Virus record (IMG/VR): IMGVR_UViG_3300036766_000194
Location: 124,001 to 188,000 of that record
DNA length: 64,000 nt
Direction: 5' to 3' (one strand)
Below the pieces are notes generated by a model. That model searched no databases. It saw only the letters and a program-made list of their open reading frames with translations, and had not been told where the DNA came from. Both the position numbers and the translations under genes were made by a program. Each line of letters begins with the position of its first letter. The stretch's first letter is position 1. Shown in pieces: positions 26,503-36,432 of this stretch.

Positions 26503-26685
26503 ACTGTATAGTACTCACTTGAGAGATATTTCTTTGTCTAAAGCAATGAATTGGGTACACTCACGGTTGTTTTGGCTTTAGAATGCCATGCTCACAAAAA
26601 GTTATCTCAACCTTATCTACAGGTATGAAATGGCGTACCGTCTTGTGCTCGTATTTGGGATGTCCGCAAATACAGAATTCAATCA

Positions 26686-26988
26686 TTAAATTTCTCCACT
26701 AATCAAAGCAGCGCGTCGGGAAGCTGTCCCCTTCTTATAGGTGGGCTTGGCTTCTCCCACAGTCACGTTACCCAGCTTGACCACGTTGATTTCGGCCAGA
26801 TTGCGCTCAACCCCTGTGCGGTTCGTTCGATAGCTGTAGTTCAGTGACGTGCTGAAATCTTCCCGAGAATTAATTTTGGGAGGAAATAAAAAAGAAAGAA
26901 TACGATCCAAGAAACTCTCACTGGTGTGTGCCAGGATTGCATGACTACGAACATCGCTGCGTCCCAGAGTAAGACAAAAAGTTGCCAT
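26686..26988 (-). CDS. hypothetical protein
   Basis: promoter motif plus GGAGG SD. Confidence 0.5.
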   Translation of the reverse strand: MATFCLTLGRSDVRSHAILAHTSESFLDRILSFLFPPKINSREDFSTSLNYSYRTNRTGVERNLAEINVVKLGNVTVGEAKPTYKKGTASRRAALISGEI

Positions 26989-27038
26989 GGTGTTCCTCCA
27001 GTTATATTCTACCGAGTAGGACGAAAAAAGGTTAATCG

Positions 27039-27351
27039 TTAGAACACTCCTGGAAAACTTACCGAGGAGAAATCCACATTCTCAAGATCACCTTCGATAG
27101 TTTCCAAGTTGTCAATCGCTTCCTGTAATTCATCAGCTTTGCTGGAGGACTGAAGATTTTCGGGCAAGTTGTCGTATCAATTCTGCAACTCGTCCTTGAG
27201 TTCGCTCACCCGGACGATCAGAGCGGCTAGAAGCCACATTGAGCTTTGTTACCGAGAGATCCATTTCCTTGCCAAAGACTTTCTTAGCGGCTTTCTCAAT
27301 GGTCTTGATGTTACTGCCCGTGACAGTCACCGTGATTTTGTAACTTGCTAT
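27039..27351 (-). pseudogene. decayed phage gene (ELQN*YDNLPENLQSSSKADELQEAIDNL)
   Basis: GGAGG SD followed by ATA instead of ATG, a frameshift near 27210 and an in-frame TGA. Confidence 0.65.
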
Positions 27352-27368
27352 GACGTTCCTCCTATAAA

Positions 27369-28346
27369 TTAACGAGCTAAAACTTCTTTGGTCATCTTAA
27401 TAATGAGGCTGTTGATTAGGTCGTAGTCCGGAGTCTTAGGAACAGCGAATTCTGTAAGGCTGTTGACTTTAGTGATCATTTCATCGGCGTAGGTTGTAAT
27501 TTGTTCATAAGACCAAGAACCTTGGCGGATAGCAAGTAACTCAGCAGCATCGGGGCGACGAACATGGCACTTGCCCTCAGTCAGGATTTCATACCCGGTC
27601 CTTAACAGCCGCACCAGATGAGCACCGTGTTTGGTGTCGTAACCAAACTTCACTTCCATCTCACGACGGTGGGGGTTACGTTCAGCCATCCAAGTGACAT
27701 ACTGATCCCGTTGCTTCTTTGCCATATCGTAAAGATGCTTTTGATACTGTTCACTGGGGCATACAATGCCTAATCCCTTTAGTTGCTCAAGATATTGGTC
27801 CTGCTGGACCATGCTTTGAAAAATAACAAATGGTTCCAACCGCTTGACCATGTTCTCACCAAAGCGCCAAGCCACCCAATCCCGACTGATCTTACCTTGA
27901 CGGACTAGGGGTTCAAGAACCTTTATCGCTTCAAATTCTTGAGCGATCCATTTTTGATGAGAACGGATTCTGTGAAGCTGTGCCTGGGCATACCCCACAT
28001 AGGTGCTAGCACACTTCTGAGAAAGAAAGCTGTCGCGATTGTAGCGTAGATGCCACATGATAGGATCTGCCAATATGACATCGCTATGGTTAACGAAGAG
28101 TAATTCCATAACGTTTGGATTGTTAGCAATAGCGAGGTTGGCAAACTTTCGCAGAGAATACAGAGTGGTGTCGCGTTCTTTAGACTGTTCAATCTGTTGA
28201 TCAAAAGCCTTTAAACCGAAGAAGTATTCTTCGGCGGGAACAAAGATTCCAGCGAAATCTTCATCAGACGTGGGAGTATTCATCCCGTAGGCGTGCGATC
28301 CTACACGGGTCTTGTAGATAACAGTATGTTCATTCCGTCCGTTCAT
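27369..28346 (-). CDS. Pol-beta-family nucleotidyltransferase (RlaP/YcgL-like, RNA repair)
   Basis: VGSHAYG..TPTSDED..GIF, NPN..E.L, GYD.K...H.VRL, LLAIR.G. Confidence 0.85.
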   Translation of the reverse strand: MNGRNEHTVIYKTRVGSHAYGMNTPTSDEDFAGIFVPAEEYFFGLKAFDQQIEQSKERDTTLYSLRKFANLAIANNPNVMELLFVNHSDVILADPIMWHLRYNRDSFLSQKCASTYVGYAQAQLHRIRSHQKWIAQEFEAIKVLEPLVRQGKISRDWVAWRFGENMVKRLEPFVIFQSMVQQDQYLEQLKGLGIVCPSEQYQKHLYDMAKKQRDQYVTWMAERNPHRREMEVKFGYDTKHGAHLVRLLRTGYEILTEGKCHVRRPDAAELLAIRQGSWSYEQITTYADEMITKVNSLTEFAVPKTPDYDLINSLIIKMTKEVLAR

Positions 28347-28351
28347 TACAA

Positions 28352-29245
28352 CTATTCTACTGGAATAGAAGGAGAAAAGCTATATTCAAAATAGGATTTA
28401 AGGGAAGCATCTTTCCACGACATTCTATGAGGACTTCTGCTGGTAGGAGCAAACTCTTCCTTAACGGCGTCTATATACATGGAAAAGGTAAAATCGTCCC
28501 CCATGTAAAACTTGTCCCAACCTTTTTGAGTAAAGAATCTCTTAATTTTCAATTGTTCAATAGCGAGGTTATCAAAGGATAGAACACATTTTCCAAAATA
28601 CTTGGCAATGTACATCTTCCATCGGTTAATTTCTTTTTCAATACCCTCATTGTAGAACGCCAACCCCCGTCCGTAATGCTTATAACCTAGGACGAGAATT
28701 TTAGCCTTTGAATCATATGCCAGTAGGTCGTTTATGACCTCAACTTTGTCTTTACCAGCGATAACATGGTAGACGATATTTTCTGTAAGGGATTTAACCC
28801 GACCAAGACAAGAAAGACTCTTAGAATTTAAAACCGAGATTCCCAAACCTTTGATGTATCCTTTTGAAATCAGGGACACCAGGTCGGTTTCGTATCTCTT
28901 AACATGACCTTGATTGACTGTCAGGTTTGCGATAAACCCCAGTTCTGTTAGACGTTTCAGAAATTCAGCCAGAGAAGGATGGGATAGAGGATTTCCTCCT
29001 CCTATAGCGAGTTCCGTCCCAACAGAAAGACCCTTTAACGTATCCAGTAAATGTCCCAAATCCGCATGAGTTCCCGCCGTAGTGGACATCTCATGACAGT
29101 AAGCGCACCCAAGATCACAATAGTTTGTGATCTTGATGTCTATGGACTCCGGAAATACAGGCATGGGAGTACCTTCATACTCCCGTGTCTTAGTTCCATC
29201 GTCCAGGATGGTGACTATTGTATTTCCGTTTTGGTATCTGATCAT
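28352..29245 (-). CDS. radical SAM protein
   Basis: CDLGCAYC (CxxxCxxC), GGGNP. Confidence 0.9.
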   Translation of the reverse strand: MIRYQNGNTIVTILDDGTKTREYEGTPMPVFPESIDIKITNYCDLGCAYCHEMSTTAGTHADLGHLLDTLKGLSVGTELAIGGGNPLSHPSLAEFLKRLTELGFIANLTVNQGHVKRYETDLVSLISKGYIKGLGISVLNSKSLSCLGRVKSLTENIVYHVIAGKDKVEVINDLLAYDSKAKILVLGYKHYGRGLAFYNEGIEKEINRWKMYIAKYFGKCVLSFDNLAIEQLKIKRFFTQKGWDKFYMGDDFTFSMYIDAVKEEFAPTSRSPHRMSWKDASLKSYFEYSFSPSIPVE

Positions 29246-29328
29246 GTTACCCTATTTCAGAAATTATGAAAGAAATATCTTTTCTTTCTAAGACTTTTTC
29301 CCAGATACTTAACATCCCTACCAGGTGC

Positions 29329-29832
29329 CTACTGACTCTTCGGCTTGTAAAGATGAATGACATCGGGATCGACATCGTAAAAGTTTGCGGGCGCATCACC
29401 ATTGTCATTTCCCGTAAACAAAAAAGATTCCTTATTGAAAATAAAATTTCGGAGACTTTCATCTGAAGAAAAGACCTCTTGTGACGTGCCTGCGCTCTGG
29501 TGGTCAACATAGCTACCATGATTCTGACTCTGGTCTGTAGAAATCCGGCTAATGACGCCTTTCACACCTGTCTGTTCTTTGATAACCCTTTCCAACATCT
29601 CCAGATTATCGGGGTTCGTTTGCTGATCAACCGCGCAGTAATTGGCCTTTGTCAAGGCATCGTTGAAGCGGTTCCACTCCCATCCAAATTCTCCCCCAAG
29701 CAGAACAATGTAACCGTCTGAGTCAGGAACTAGGGAAGTATCCAGAACTTCCGTAGAGTCCAGTTCTTTGACGCTGATACTGTGCGTGCTGGAACTGTTT
29801 GTTTCAAAAATGTTTGGTCTTACTTTTTTCAT
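29329..29832 (-). CDS. conserved phage protein (FETNSSSTHS motif)
   Basis: R..FETNSSSTHS and YVDHQS motifs; lies next to the radical SAM gene. Confidence 0.7.
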   Translation of the reverse strand: MKKVRPNIFETNSSSTHSISVKELDSTEVLDTSLVPDSDGYIVLLGGEFGWEWNRFNDALTKANYCAVDQQTNPDNLEMLERVIKEQTGVKGVISRISTDQSQNHGSYVDHQSAGTSQEVFSSDESLRNFIFNKESFLFTGNDNGDAPANFYDVDPDVIHLYKPKSQ

Positions 29833-29833
29833 T

Positions 29834-30094
29834 TTAATTCTCCTTGTACCTTTTAATCCCAGTCATTGTTGACGATTCGTTCACAAAATTCAGCCACTGA
29901 CGATTTTGATACTCAGCGTTATAGTGACCCAAGTGAATCTTTTTGCAATTCTCACAGAGATAAGGCCGCAGCTCAGGCTTGATAACCTTTTTCATCTTCA
30001 TGTCTTCCATTGCCCAAAGAGCTTCTTCCTTGGAATCAAATTTCTTCTTGCTCAGGCATCCGCGTCGAAGACGAAATCTCTCTACGGTTCTCAT
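29834..30094 (-). CDS. small Zn-binding protein (leaderless)
   Basis: C..KKKF.S..EA...Y.C..C...HL; ATG 6 nt after the promoter motif. Confidence 0.65.
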   Translation of the reverse strand: MRTVERFRLRRGCLSKKKFDSKEEALWAMEDMKMKKVIKPELRPYLCENCKKIHLGHYNAEYQNRQWLNFVNESSTMTGIKRYKEN

Positions 30095-30126
30095 TTAGTT
30101 ACTCTACTGTTACTTTCTGAAAAAGG

Positions 30127-31464
30127 CTAGGGAAAGTTTATCTCAGTTTTCATCCTAGCTACGTCCGGTATACTGTGTACCACTTCTTCCTGAATTTCAT
30201 TTCCAGCCTCTATTAGCCCATAACTTCCATTAGTTCTATCCAATTCCAAAACGGTTGCTATGTTGTCAACGAGCGTATGGATACCCTCGTTCATAAGTCG
30301 TAACCATTGACTATAAAAGTAGGAGATAGCTTGCTCCTGCTTAGTCTTACGAATCTCCTTCATTATAGTACGTTTAAAATTGGGAATATCAAACCCCCGA
30401 ATCAAAGCCGCACCAGCATCCCATAGGGTACAATTAGGATTTATGTCAAAGGTGAAGAGATCAAACCTGTAGATCTTAGTTCCCTTTTTGGTGTCATGAG
30501 TGATAATTTCCTGAAAAGTTACACGAGCGGTGTTAATGACCATCTTGTCGTTCGCGTGTTCAAGATTCACCAGATCCGAAGGGTTAGCAACCGTAATAGG
30601 AGAACCCCCTGGATATAGAGTGGCTGTGGCTGTAGGAGAAAAAGCCATCTGAAGCCCTGTGCCCGGATCTTGAACAGAAAAATATTTCTCTACAATCTTA
30701 GCCACCGAAGGATCCTCTATGATAGCAAGTTCCCCTCCGGTGAAGGTGCGAATTTCCTCCGCACGTTTACCAATCTCCTCAACATACAAGGCACCAGAGG
30801 TTTTGTTATTGAGAAATTTCGTAACCCAATCGGCGTCGCCAAACTGCCACATGAGAGGGTAGGTTTCTACTCCCAGGTTCTTAATGAGATTAAGAACTGC
30901 TAAGATATTATCTTGATTAGAATTTTGGATATAGACGCGACCTGTGTGAAAATCCAGCAGCACTGGGAATTGGGTGCGGAGTTGCTCAGCCCATCCCTGA
31001 GCCATGGAATCAACGGTTTTCTTATCGTCTTTCCCGGTATACTTATAAGGACGGGACATCTTTGTGTAGGAAAGGTGTTCCCTAATGGAGTTCAAATCGC
31101 TGACATCTTCCTGAGTATTTAGGACAAACCAGAAACCATACCAGGGCATGTCAGGATTGATGCGATAGGAAACTTCACTATCGCCATAATAATCACGGTA
31201 ATCTTCAGTTACAACATTCTCATTCTTTAGAGAAGTATAGAGTTCTTCGTAGTGAGGAGTTATTCCTAGCTCCCGACCTTCATCTTTTCGCGGGTCGTTG
31301 AAAGGATTTATACCCACAGTATCCACGTTACCAAACTTGGCGCGGGTGTAGGCGACAAGTTGAGAAGAATCAAACAAGGCCGGAGTCTTTATTATACTGA
31401 CCCTAAAAGCATCCAGCGATTCAGGATTTAGTCCTACAATAGCCCATTGCGCTTTACCAAACAT
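30127..31464 (-). CDS. hypothetical protein (445 aa)
   Basis: long ORF, AGGAG SD. Confidence 0.7.
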   Translation of the reverse strand: MFGKAQWAIVGLNPESLDAFRVSIIKTPALFDSSQLVAYTRAKFGNVDTVGINPFNDPRKDEGRELGITPHYEELYTSLKNENVVTEDYRDYYGDSEVSYRINPDMPWYGFWFVLNTQEDVSDLNSIREHLSYTKMSRPYKYTGKDDKKTVDSMAQGWAEQLRTQFPVLLDFHTGRVYIQNSNQDNILAVLNLIKNLGVETYPLMWQFGDADWVTKFLNNKTSGALYVEEIGKRAEEIRTFTGGELAIIEDPSVAKIVEKYFSVQDPGTGLQMAFSPTATATLYPGGSPITVANPSDLVNLEHANDKMVINTARVTFQEIITHDTKKGTKIYRFDLFTFDINPNCTLWDAGAALIRGFDIPNFKRTIMKEIRKTKQEQAISYFYSQWLRLMNEGIHTLVDNIATVLELDRTNGSYGLIEAGNEIQEEVVHSIPDVARMKTEINFP

Positions 31465-31678
31465 TGTTTCTCCTAGTCTACGTCTACAAGATACTCAATA
31501 TACATACCAAACCCTACACTGGTGTGAGTTGATTTTGAGAAAAATTCCTGTTTGATAAGAATACCACCCAATTTACTGATTTCAGAGTTATCAGCTAACC
31601 ATTTATTTACTTTCTTTTCCAAGTCTTCTGCTTCCCATTCAAAAAATACTTTTATTCGTCGTTGCCTCATGTTGTCTC

Positions 31679-32140
31679 CTAACTTAGTTGCGTTTCCAGA
31701 GTTCTCCTGCCGCTCTGAGCAAGCAATTTGTTCCAGCCAGACGCCTTTGCGCTCCATAGACAGTCAGCATCAAGGTTGTAAACGTATTCTTTATTAGGAC
31801 CGTGAAATTCGTACTGCTTTCGGCCGCCCCCGCTGTCCCATGCCCACGCAGCATTAATTTGTTCCCCGGTGAACGCCTTGCGAACTTCCCGCATCGTGGT
31901 CTTGAGAAGTTCACGACAGAAAGCGTGTTCACTTTCCGTTCCGTTGCGGCGTGGCGGAACTAGTAAGTAATCCTTACTTGTCGCTTCCGCAGTGAGGAGG
32001 GGGCACTTTTCCGAGTGGTTCAGCACGGTTTCGATGGCCAGGACTTCCCTTGTGCTCAGTGAGGCGTGGAAGGTGTCCTTGTTGTCGCTGTTCCTCTTGA
32101 GCATCTCGCGGATGGCGGCGATTGCGTCGGTAATAAACAT
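31679..32140 (-). CDS. hypothetical protein
   Basis: AGGAG SD before MFITDAI. Confidence 0.55.
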   Translation of the reverse strand: MFITDAIAAIREMLKRNSDNKDTFHASLSTREVLAIETVLNHSEKCPLLTAEATSKDYLLVPPRRNGTESEHAFCRELLKTTMREVRKAFTGEQINAAWAWDSGGGRKQYEFHGPNKEYVYNLDADCLWSAKASGWNKLLAQSGRRTLETQLS

Positions 32141-32154
32141 TGATTGTTCTCCTT

Positions 32155-32505
32155 TTAATTGCATGTGGTTCCTTTCTCCTTGCGTGGCCTGTCGTTGAGA
32201 TAGGATACCAATGCAGCGACGCGCTCCGAGGATACGTCACGCCCGAAACGCCAGATGTGCACCGTCGCGGGATAACTATCCCCACAAAGGCTCGTTGCAG
32301 TGACGCGGAAACCATACCGTCCAATGTTGGTCGCTGATGCGTGATATGGTATCGTCTTTGCCAGGTCTCGCAATTGGCGGATGACAGACCGTATCTCATG
32401 GACATCCCCGGCCGTTTGGCGGATGACCAATGATCTGCCAATCTCCACAACCGCCGTACTGTATCCCCGCGTATTGTCTCCAATGCTGATTTTTGCGATT
32501 TTCAT
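32155..32505 (-). CDS. hypothetical protein (GC-rich islet)
   Basis: GAGGAG SD. Confidence 0.5.
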   Translation of the reverse strand: MKIAKISIGDNTRGYSTAVVEIGRSLVIRQTAGDVHEIRSVIRQLRDLAKTIPYHASATNIGRYGFRVTATSLCGDSYPATVHIWRFGRDVSSERVAALVSYLNDRPRKEKGTTCN

Positions 32506-32657
32506 TTCGTTCTCCTCATTATTTGTTGAATAGATATATGCGGTGGTCTTGATTCGTCCGCACGCTCACCGACCGCGTACTCGGCACCGATACGGCTTTT
32601 TGTAGGTGACTAGCATTTTAGTGGTCCTCCACTGCGCGGAGATGCGCACAGCGGAGG

Positions 32658-32861
32658 TCAAAGCGATACGGGCGCGATCTGGCCGGGGCGCGCCTTGCGC
32701 CAATGCCCGTCTTTTCGCGTATTGTAGAGATTTCCGGCGGCATCCCGCGCCCAGGAAACGCGATGGCGGCCAGCAAGGCCGTGGCCGTCCGTGTGCGGTT
32801 TAATCGTTCCGCCGATTTTTGCCACGATTTCGATTTCCGTTCCGTTCAATTTGATTTTCAT
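32658..32861 (-). CDS. hypothetical protein (GC-rich islet)
   Basis: GGGGG SD. Confidence 0.45.
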   Translation of the reverse strand: MKIKLNGTEIEIVAKIGGTIKPHTDGHGLAGRHRVSWARDAAGNLYNTRKDGHWRKARPGQIAPVSL

Positions 32862-32951
32862 TTTACCCCCCGCGTTTTCATTTTGTTCTCCCTGCCGTCG
32901 GTGCCGACCCTTACAGGTCTGGCAAAAGAACCGCCCGCATAGGCGCGCATT

Positions 32952-33116
32952 TTAATGGGCCTCCTCGCGCTCGACGAGGCGGCGGTAAGCGGCGTCGGTG
33001 ACCGCCATGACCTCCCAGACATCCATTTTGATGATTTTGGAGATTTGCGCCACGGATTTGCCCTCTTCCATATACAGCCTCAGGATTTGCTCTTTTTGTT
33101 CCTTGGTCATTTTCAT
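32952..33116 (-). CDS. small HTH protein (54 aa, MKMTKEQKEQILRLYMEEGKSVAQISKII...)
   Basis: HTH pattern; promoter motif plus AGGAG SD; not in the ORF track. Confidence 0.65.
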   Translation of the reverse strand: MKMTKEQKEQILRLYMEEGKSVAQISKIIKMDVWEVMAVTDAAYRRLVEREEAH

Positions 33117-33226
33117 TTTGTTCTCCTGTTAATTACTCTACCGTCACCGCCAGAAAAAGGCTAATTTTATCTCAGTTTTCATCCTATACGCACTGATCTT
33201 ATCTAACTCTTCCCATTTTCCTCCTG

Positions 33227-33976
33227 TCATCGTACCCCCGGTACTTCCATTTGTATTAACATGTTGTATAAATTACGAGCAGAACGTAAACTCTTTAGAG
33301 CACCGGAAGGATCTTCTCCGCCTCCGGTTTGTTCAAATATCGAGACATCAAACCCTTTTAAATCTTCTTGAAGATACTTCATACTTTCATCCCCTTGCCC
33401 ACTTTTCTCGTGATCAAAAAGCAGGTTAATCCGTTTGACTCCCAACATTCGTAACCATATGATGTGTTTCTTACCAATACGTTTGGTCAAAGGAGAAAGA
33501 ATAGGAAGGGAAGGAACTAGTAGTCTACAAGCGAGAAGATCAAATCCTCCTTCTACCAAAGTAACGGAACGAGTTTCTAGAATGTTTACCAATGTAGAAA
33601 TGTCATTTCCTATCCAAGTGGGACCTATAAATTGATCCCTATCCCCGAGCGTGTAATACTTAGTTTTGTTATTGTGTAGAACACTACCCGGTAATGGTTT
33701 TGTTTGTGCTCTACGGTACGACCCATCAACATCAATAAGAGGGAATACGAAACAAGGACCAGGCTGGAAAACTTTAGGGATATAGAAAAATCTTAATTTT
33801 TCTAGCTCTCTATCAAAATTAGCTTCTATCATAGGACGAGAAGGTTCCCATCCTCGTTCCTTATAAATCTTTTGTTTTGTCAAAGCGAATTTAGTGGGTT
33901 TACCCAATTCGACTAGACGAGAGTATATTACATCCGTCTGACTCAAAAGTTCCGGAACGTTGTGAAAATCGCTCAT
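33227..33976 (-). CDS. primase TOPRIM domain (stand-alone)
   Basis: FPLID..G, KYY, LVEGGFDLLA, LLFDHE..G..., EDP; no Zn finger. Confidence 0.75.
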   Translation of the reverse strand: MSDFHNVPELLSQTDVIYSRLVELGKPTKFALTKQKIYKERGWEPSRPMIEANFDRELEKLRFFYIPKVFQPGPCFVFPLIDVDGSYRRAQTKPLPGSVLHNNKTKYYTLGDRDQFIGPTWIGNDISTLVNILETRSVTLVEGGFDLLACRLLVPSLPILSPLTKRIGKKHIIWLRMLGVKRINLLFDHEKSGQGDESMKYLQEDLKGFDVSIFEQTGGGEDPSGALKSLRSARNLYNMLIQMEVPGVR

Positions 33977-34248
33977 TGACAGTTTGTTTGTGGTTCTAAA
34001 AGTAGCTTTTCCTGATTAAGAATAGTCTCATTTTTCTGGACTAACTCTTGTTGTAAAACAACTTCATTTTTGTAAAAACTGATGATCATTCTTTTTTGTT
34101 TTAATACGACTTCACCTTGAAATATCAAAAGAATGGTCAACAAAGTCATTACAATAGCCAAAGCACCAATAACAAAACGTTCCGGTTTCATATTATCCCC
34201 ATCTTCATCTTTTAGAATAGCCCAAACGATTTTAATAAAGTCTATCAT
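33973..34248 (-). CDS. small membrane protein
   Basis: single TM segment plus coiled coil. Confidence 0.5.
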   Translation of the reverse strand: MIDFIKIVWAILKDEDGDNMKPERFVIGALAIVMTLLTILLIFQGEVVLKQKRMIISFYKNEVVLQQELVQKNETILNQEKLLLEPQTNCQ

Positions 34249-34263
34249 ATCTTTGTCTTTCGT

Positions 34264-34671
34264 TCATTTAGGGATAACACGTTTTTCTAACTTCTCCATT
34301 GCTGAATGATCAATAATTTCCTCGTTCGTATCTACTACTCCCAATACCCATAGTAATACGCCAATTGCGGGATATTTCCGGAAAAGTATATGCTTATCGA
34401 AAAGTTCATCACGAAATTGTTGGTAGAGTTCTTCTTTGGTATAAATAGAAACAAATTCTTCATCGCGGATGCATAATTCTGGATTATAAGAATGACATTT
34501 TTTACACCCAGTCACTTCATTTCCATGTTGAGTAGCAAATTGACAATTAAAAGGACAAGGACGAGAGTTCTTTTTTAAGAACTTTCTACGCGCTCTATGT
34601 ATGACTTCACGACAACGAGCTATGATGTCCTGTTTAGAGCGAAGTTCTATATGTTGAGATGATATATCCAC
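34264..34671 (-). CDS. Cys-rich hypothetical protein
   Basis: CPFNC...CKKC...C. Confidence 0.55.
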   Translation of the reverse strand: MDISSQHIELRSKQDIIARCREVIHRARRKFLKKNSRPCPFNCQFATQHGNEVTGCKKCHSYNPELCIRDEEFVSIYTKEELYQQFRDELFDKHILFRKYPAIGVLLWVLGVVDTNEEIIDHSAMEKLEKRVIPK

Positions 34672-34721
34672 ATTACTTATTACTTCCTAATTCGAGGTTT
34701 GTCTTCATTTCGTTTTATGGC

Positions 34722-34952
34722 TTACGCTTGAACAATGAGATCTTCAGGAGAAGAAGCGTAGGTGGAAAGAACCGAAATCTGGAAATTCTGGCTGTACTTA
34801 CGAATTGCGTAAGAAAGGGCAGTTGTCCCTCTATGTTTCAAAGCATAGTTAACATGCTGTTTCCAACGATGCTCCGCATGAGTTCCCTGCCATTTACCAA
34901 TATAGACTTTGTTGTTAATCTTATTGCGAATCAGATATACTAACATTTTCAA
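34722..34952 (-). pseudogene. GIY-YIG endonuclease N-terminal fragment
   Basis: LVYLIRNKINNKVYIG...RWKQH...AIRKY; stops before the catalytic E and YN motifs. Confidence 0.75.
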
Positions 34953-35571
34953 CCCGTTCTAAACGAGGAAGTTGATCTTCCCCAGTCGTAACTACATATA
35001 CATTATTGGCTGCTGTTGCTAAGATTGGTTGATGCGTTATCGCTAGTATAGTCCAAGAGTGTTTAGAGCAAAGGGTTTGTAGCATTTCACTGACAGCTGG
35101 TAGGTATTCAGCACTGACATTGTTGAAGGACTCATCAACCGCCAGAAACTTGTAGAGCTTAAATCTCTTGAGCATGATAACACGTAAGAGGAACGCAACC
35201 ACATTCACTATGCCGCCCCCAAACGTATCCATAAGAGGTCCGGTGATGTTACCTTTTCTTCCTAACAAACGGTAGCTGTTACCGCGAACTCCTTCTTTTT
35301 TCTCTATTACAAAGCTGAGTTCCGGCCAGATAAGCTGTAGTCCACCACTAACGATGCTTTCTATTTTCCCAATTCCGTTGGCACTGATGATAGTAATGGC
35401 GCGGTCAATTACTCCTACAGCTTTTACCAGTTGCTTCTTTTCTTCCTCAAGAAGGGAAATCTTAGTCTTCAAACGCACAATATGGACGGCTTCATATTTC
35501 ACTTGTTCTTGGGTGAGGGATACAGCATTACGGAAGGATTGTATTCTAGGTTCAATCATGATTTTATACAT
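34921..35571 (-). CDS. SbcC/Rad50-like ABC-ATPase C-terminal half
   Basis: coiled coil, signature FGGG, Walker B LAVDES, ITHQ; no Walker A. Confidence 0.8.
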   Translation of the reverse strand: MYKIMIEPRIQSFRNAVSLTQEQVKYEAVHIVRLKTKISLLEEEKKQLVKAVGVIDRAITIISANGIGKIESIVSGGLQLIWPELSFVIEKKEGVRGNSYRLLGRKGNITGPLMDTFGGGIVNVVAFLLRVIMLKRFKLYKFLAVDESFNNVSAEYLPAVSEMLQTLCSKHSWTILAITHQPILATAANNVYVVTTGEDQLPRLERVENVSISDSQ

Positions 35572-35746
35572 TCTCCTGCCTCCATTTCGCTGTAGACAGT
35601 TCTGCGGTCCAGAAGAACATTTTCCCAGATAGCCAAGACGCTCCAATTCGATGGTCCCCCATAGCCGGGGTAATAATGCATTTTAATAACTATTTTAGGT
35701 TTCATTTCGGTTCTTTTGCTACTCCGAGGCGTCTAGACTCTCGTGG

Positions 35747-35986
35747 CTATAACCCAAAAAAGCTCACAACTCCGAGCCACGAAAAAGCCGCAGCCAATAT
35801 CATTGGAAACGCGGTGAAAACAACTTCCGCGATGAAAACAAATTTCTGCCAATAAGTGGTGGGATTGAGAAAGTGATAGGCAGCAAGGTCAATACCAGGG
35901 AAAATAGCCAAGAACATCAAGATGGCTAGAGTCATCCCGATAATATACTTCCTTTTGTACTGAGCAGTTTCTATTACGTTGAGCAT
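35747..35986 (-). CDS. small two-TM membrane protein
   Basis: AGGAGG SD; hydrophobic. Confidence 0.55.
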   Translation of the reverse strand: MLNVIETAQYKRKYIIGMTLAILMFLAIFPGIDLAAYHFLNPTTYWQKFVFIAEVVFTAFPMILAAAFSWLGVVSFFGL

Positions 35987-36028
35987 AACATCCTCCTCCT
36001 TTATTACACCAGAGATGTAGGATTAATA

Positions 36029-36424
36029 CTAACTTTTGTTCCAATCGCCTTGGAACAGACCAAAATATAGATTGTAGTTCCCTGCGAACTCCGCCCAATA
36101 CCGTTTTATAGGATCAAATCCCGTAGATAAAAGAGTCGCTGTCTTCTCCGCCACCGGGGTGAACTCTATAGGAAGGTTGTGTAGAATAAAATCTTGGGGA
36201 GGACGGTAGCTTATGGGAACGTTTATAAACTCTCCCCAAGTCATAGGTATATTTGACCACGACTGTAGGAGTTGGGTAAAGTACAAATTTTCAGGCAACC
36301 AGGTTTGAGAATACAGTAATGTGTCTCCCCAGAGAACAGTAGTCTGAACTCTCTTCTCTACAGCATTGACTGCTAAAACGGGAAGATAATGATCAGGGAG
36401 TTTGATGCTTAGAATTCTACCCAT
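36029..36424 (-). CDS. hypothetical protein
   Basis: AGGAG SD. Confidence 0.6.
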   Translation of the reverse strand: MGRILSIKLPDHYLPVLAVNAVEKRVQTTVLWGDTLLYSQTWLPENLYFTQLLQSWSNIPMTWGEFINVPISYRPPQDFILHNLPIEFTPVAEKTATLLSTGFDPIKRYWAEFAGNYNLYFGLFQGDWNKS

Positions 36425-36432
36425 AAGGTCTC

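Noticed and set aside
15898-27351. TGA-to-Trp recoding suggested by two TGA codons at expected Trp positions
   Set aside because: Both loci have other lesions, many intact genes end in TGA, and no UCA-anticodon tRNA was found
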